DNA from: an uncultured Acidimicrobiia bacterium
Lineage (GTDB): Bacteria > Acidobacteriota > Vicinamibacteria > Vicinamibacterales > SCN-69-37
Assembly: GCA_966252305.1 (NCBI GenBank)
Contig: CBINOO010000002.1
Location: 20,089-84,088 of the forward strand
DNA: 64,000 nt
Reading direction: 5' to 3'
Shown here: positions 61,301 to 64,000 of the stretch, piece by piece
How positions within the stretch are numbered: position 1 is the stretch's first letter
How the letters are laid out: each line of letters starts with the position of its first letter
The notes under the pieces: model-generated
What the model was told of the DNA's origin: nothing
Seen by the model: the letters and a program-made list of their open reading frames with translations, nothing else
The model's database searches: none
Position numbers and translations under genes: made by a program

Positions 61301-61336
61301 GATCCGTCGAGAGACTCCAGCGACGTTCATTGTCAT
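58331..61336 (-). CDS. M14-family zinc carboxypeptidase-like protein (about 1000 aa) with Gly/Arg/Ala low-complexity insertions
   Basis: AGGAG precedes ATG 61336. Signal/anchor VLGVCALGVAVFSL. HYHLMGGLHSGELG contains the HxxE zinc motif. Two G/R/A-rich tracts. The rest of ORF 58331..61963 (upstream of 61336) was rejected. Confidence 0.8.
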   Translation of the reverse strand: MTMNVAGVSRRIRTVLGVCALGVAVFSLTVATLPAQQWVTDTRDPKQAQDEEFAKLYKEWTGDPMYGSPLVDHLPLAPGIPTPKDVLGYYIGAPEKLTYYADILKYYRALAAATPRVRVETIGRSDEGRELVVVWVSSDANIKNLQQNRDNLKRLADPRGLNDAEVRRLISNTKPHYHLMGGLHSGELGPPEMLMELVYRLAVETSPTINQIRDNVIVSVTPVADADGRDRNLDWTFQTRDLQAAATGAGGRGAGAAGAGGGGGGRGGGAAIPYWGKYVYHDNNRDINLSQVQMRALGDWYFTAYPPIMHDLHESLTLLYTYSGGPPQNPNLDPILFADLRLWADYELSQMTKYGMPGVYTHAFMDGWSPGYLGSIAYNHNGMMKMYETQSGNDNRAQREANAAAGREGGAGGRGQAAGARGGRGGDAQAGEGAGGRAGAPQGRAGGAAAGGRAGAGRAGGGGGGRAGGVPTGAGGSQPREWYRGLPVPPDAVANFSRRNNTNYMQTGVLSSLQFTSMVPNLVLENFYIKTRNSIQRGLEEPPHAYVIPVQRDMTRVAEMLRIFAIQGIEVHQAKSEFTLGDQKYPAGSYVVKAGQPYWSLAKNLLEKQDYPDERLSTYDDSGWTMGPAMGVNVVEIADAQILEVPMTLVKQSTHGASLSGSGSAALAVAHFGSNNMISFRFAMKDTPMKVARKSFTAGGIEFPAGSFIVTTNIAGARAAVEKYGLTAAALASVPTVETHDADVPRVAIYSQWSGTQELGWYRHAFDQFGIPFDLIYKERVMQGNLKNDYDVIVMAYQGINRQSVMQEPAARAVPYKKTDKFQFLGMYGESDNVTGGFGQAGVDAFAAFLEAGGTLIAAHNAVRFPIEFGFTRTVDTDQVSGISAQRPLVEAEISKPEHPVFYGYGKPEFAVKYVNGPFLRTGLAEQGNVLARYKGGDAAVISGLMTGADTLAGRPIAIDVPNAYNGKGRVILFANNPIYRWQNHGEFNMVFNSIVNWNDK

Positions 61337-61396
61337 GACTCCTATCAGAAACGGCGGAAAAACAGGGGATTGCGCCGACAGCCTACCACGATGCGC

Positions 61397-61402
61397 TACA
61401 AT
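61397..61402 (+). promoter_or_regulatory. -10 TACAAT, 9 nt before ATG 61412 (DGQHR gene), with -35-like CCGACA at a 17-bp spacing
   Basis: CCGACAgcctaccacgatgcgcTACAATcccggttccATG. Confidence 0.55.
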
Positions 61403-61411
61403 CCCGGTTCC

Positions 61412-62542
61412 ATGATCAGTGTCGCCGCGCTCAGAATGCAGCAGTTTGGCGTGCAGTTCTACCAGGCCTCCCTGACTGCCAAGGATATCGACAAGCTTGT
61501 CAGGTTCGAGGTACTCGATTACGAGAACCACGGCTCGCAGACAGGCGTTCGTGGGGCAGCCCGCCAGAGCAAGGTCCGGTGGGACCTCCTCGAGCGGCGT
61601 ATCGCCGCCACGGACAAGGCGTACCAACGCCAGATCATTCGAAAGAAGATCGACGAACTGGTCGGTTACTACGAACAGTGCCGCCAGGCGCGCGACCTGC
61701 CGTCGATTGCCGGCGCCGTCATCATCTCGTGTGACGAACCACTCAAGTTCGAGGCCATGCCCGGCGAGCCCTCCCTCGGCATCCTGAAGGTGCCCGAGCG
61801 GGAAGGCATCCTGCGCGCCATTGACGGCCAGCACCGCCTGCTCGCGCTGCATGCCGGCATCGAGCAGTTTGGTGACGAACCTTTCACCGTGCCTGCCGTG
61901 ATTTTCGACCGTCTGCCCGAGGATCACGTCGTGCAGATGTTCGTCACCATCAACGCGAAACACACGCGCCTCAATGCGTCACACCTGGTCTCGCTCTCGG
62001 GCCGGCAGCTGTACCGCGATGAAAACCTCGCTGCGGCGCACGACGTCGTGCGCGCGCTGAGTGAGCGCGAAGACTCACCGCTGCACGGCGACATCAAGTT
62101 GCTTGGTGTTGGTCACGGGCGCGTGGCTCAGGCGCCGCTCGCGCAGGAACTCAAGAAACTGTTTGCGTCCGAAGCGTTTGGCACCGGCCGGAAAGCCGAC
62201 GACTTCCGCGACGAAGCGACCCGCTTCTTCGTGAACTACTTCAAGCAGGTCGCGGTGGTCTTCACGGCCGCGTGGAACGGCCGCAAGTACTCGATTCGCA
62301 CGGCTCCGGCGCTGCGCGCCTTCATCCGCGTGGCTCCGGACATCGTCAAGCACCTTGATCAGCAGCGCGCCGACCGCGCGGACTTCCGTGCCATCGGCCG
62401 CATCATTGCGCCGTGGGGCCGCCGCATCGGTGACCTGCGGTTCGAGACGGATGGCGCGTGGAAGCGCTCGGGTTCCACCGTTGATCAGCTGGCCAAGGAA
62501 CTGCGCCTCGCGCTGCAGTATCCGGAAGGCACGCTGGGATAA
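61412..62542 (+). CDS. DGQHR-domain (DndB-like, ParB/Srx-fold) protein
   Basis: Literal AIDGQHRLLAL motif followed by MFVTINAKHTRLNASH. About 377 aa from the internal ATG 61412 of ORF 60785..62542. Confidence 0.8.
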   Translation: MISVAALRMQQFGVQFYQASLTAKDIDKLVRFEVLDYENHGSQTGVRGAARQSKVRWDLLERRIAATDKAYQRQIIRKKIDELVGYYEQCRQARDLPSIAGAVIISCDEPLKFEAMPGEPSLGILKVPEREGILRAIDGQHRLLALHAGIEQFGDEPFTVPAVIFDRLPEDHVVQMFVTINAKHTRLNASHLVSLSGRQLYRDENLAAAHDVVRALSEREDSPLHGDIKLLGVGHGRVAQAPLAQELKKLFASEAFGTGRKADDFRDEATRFFVNYFKQVAVVFTAAWNGRKYSIRTAPALRAFIRVAPDIVKHLDQQRADRADFRAIGRIIAPWGRRIGDLRFETDGAWKRSGSTVDQLAKELRLALQYPEGTLG

Positions 62543-62548
62543 CGGGCC

Positions 62549-64000
62549 CTACTGATTTCTGAGAGCGACGACCGGATTCACGCGCATCGCCGTGAGCGTC
62601 GGCAGCAGCAACGCCAGCGCCGACACACCGGCGATCGCTGCTGCGATCCCGATGAGGATGCCGGCCGGCTCGACCCTCACGGCTTCAACAGCGTTCGAGA
62701 ACACCTGCGTCATCGCGAGTCCCAGGGCCATGCCCAGGGTCAGACCAACGATCACCTGGCGGCCGCCCTGGCTGACGACGAGGCGAAGCAGATCCTGACG
62801 GGTGGCGCCGAGCGCTACGCGGATTCCGAACTCCCTCGTTCGCACCGCCACCAGCAATGCCATGACGCTGTAGAGACCCACAGCCGTCAGCGTCAGCGCT
62901 CCCACTCCGAACAGGCTGAACAGACCCGACAGCACGGTCAGCACTCGTTTGTCTCGCAGTGCGGCCTCCCGCAACGGGTACGTCTCGTAAAGTGGAAGGT
63001 CTCTGTCGACCGTGTCGATGGCGTGCCTGAGTGTGCGCGGCGTGATGCCTCCGGCCGCGATGACGCGGACACCGTACGGCCGAAGCTGATGTATCGAGGC
63101 ATAGATGCCGTCCTGGCGCTCGTCCTGAATGTCTCCGGGCATGAGGTCGGGCACGACGCCCACAACGGTCAGTTCCCGGGTGCCGACGGCGATGCGAAGA
63201 CCCAGAGGATCGCGGTCGGATGCATAACGGCGGACGAAACTCTCGTTAACCACTGCGACCAGTGGCGCACCTTCACGGTCGCGCTCGTCGAACAGGCGGC
63301 CCCGCGTCGCCGAGGTATTCAGCGTGGCGAAGAATCCCTCCGAAACCATCGTCAGCGCCGTGGCGCCGGCCGGAGGGCCGGCCGGTCCCTCCAGCGAGAA
63401 CTGCCAGCTGCCGGCGCCACTTCCGGGCAATGCGCTGGTCAGGGCGGCGCGGCCTCCCGTCGCTGATTCCAGCGCGGTTTGCAGATCACGCAGCAACCGC
63501 AGGCGGTGCGCCGGTTCGTTCATTGCCGAGAGAGGAATCGAGACGTTCGTCGACAGGATCGCGTTGGCGTCAAACGGCCAGTCGCGTTGTTGCAGCGAGA
63601 GGGCCGACCGTCCCAGCAGCAGGGTCAGCGCGAGCAGCGCGCACGCAAACGTGATCTGGGCCGTGACCAGCACTCGACTTGTCCGGCTGGCGGAGTGTTG
63701 CGTGGCTCCGCCACCATCACGCAGCGTGTGCACGACATCCATGCGCGCAGCCCGCCAGGCGGGAAGCACTGCGGCGGCGATCGCAGCCGCGAGTGCCAGC
63801 GCGGTGGACCATGTCAGCACCGCCGCGTCGACACTGAAGTGGACCCAGTACGCTTCGATGATGTGCCCCGTGTTTGCCGCGAACACCGCTGTGCCCGCGT
63901 ACGCCATGGCAATGCCGAGCAGGCATGCCGGTGTCGCCAGCGCGAGCGCCTCGCCGGCGTGTTCAGCCAGCAGCACGCGCCGGCTGGCTCCGAGTGCCAG
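62549..64000 (-). CDS. ADOP-type/FtsX permease (partial; N-terminus lies right of the window)
   Basis: The C-terminal FtsX module EFGIRVALGATRQ is followed by 3 TM helices. The reading frame stays open through 64000 (..LALGASRRVLLAEHAGE..). Confidence 0.85.
   Translation of the reverse strand: MALGASRRVLLAEHAGEALALATPACLLGIAMAYAGTAVFAANTGHIIEAYWVHFSVDAAVLTWSTALALAAAIAAAVLPAWRAARMDVVHTLRDGGGATQHSASRTSRVLVTAQITFACALLALTLLLGRSALSLQQRDWPFDANAILSTNVSIPLSAMNEPAHRLRLLRDLQTALESATGGRAALTSALPGSGAGSWQFSLEGPAGPPAGATALTMVSEGFFATLNTSATRGRLFDERDREGAPLVAVVNESFVRRYASDRDPLGLRIAVGTRELTVVGVVPDLMPGDIQDERQDGIYASIHQLRPYGVRVIAAGGITPRTLRHAIDTVDRDLPLYETYPLREAALRDKRVLTVLSGLFSLFGVGALTLTAVGLYSVMALLVAVRTREFGIRVALGATRQDLLRLVVSQGGRQVIVGLTLGMALGLAMTQVFSNAVEAVRVEPAGILIGIAAAIAGVSALALLLPTLTAMRVNPVVALRNQ

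Noticed and set aside
60785-61963. Upstream extensions of both the DGQHR ORF (60785-61411, plus strand) and the M14 ORF (61337-61963, minus strand).
   Set aside because: Each extension is antisense to the other gene's well-supported coding region. Internal starts with a promoter (61412) or an SD site (61336) give sensible N-termini.

Overview
GC-rich, densely packed bacterial chromosomal segment with about 62 protein-coding genes. I found no rRNA, tRNA, CRISPR array, transposase or integrase. All family calls come from reading motifs in the supplied translations and in my own translations; no database search was possible. The gene content suggests an Acidobacteriota-like organism (inference): four ADOP-type duplicated FtsX permeases, three of them next to or near PadR regulators, TonB-dependent receptors with CarboxypepD_reg domains, and TPR fusions. 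Main blocks: (1) a DUF3299/ABC/FtsX operon. (2) A KaiC-like ATPase paired with a hybrid histidine kinase. (3) An intact vapBC pair, plus a second vapB whose vapC has been deleted. (4) A compact Sec-type (clade II-like) nitrous-oxide reductase locus, 13.6-22.3 kb: CusF-SCO lipoprotein, lipoprotein azurin, nosZ, a NosB-like membrane protein, nosD, nosF, nosY, a Crp/Fnr regulator and an unassigned 12-TM protein. TTGCN-N4-CGCAA palindromes sit about 42 bp upstream of two apparently leaderless starts in this region. (5) A housekeeping and stress mix: cyclophilin, SDR, ECF sigma with a soluble zinc anti-sigma, CorA, Tat-exported SOD, OsmC, M19 dipeptidase. (6) A translationally coupled operon, 51.9-57.3 kb, encoding a DUF1624-like membrane acyltransferase plus three paralogous secreted proteins of no recognisable family; it is preceded by OsmC, which is flanked by two short tandem-repeat arrays. 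(7) A large M14-like peptidase with Gly/Arg/Ala low-complexity inserts. (8) A solitary DGQHR (DndB-like) gene. A window-wide pattern: about half of the first-in-unit genes carry a TAnnnT hexamer 6-8 nt upstream of the start codon, which implies frequent leaderless transcription.
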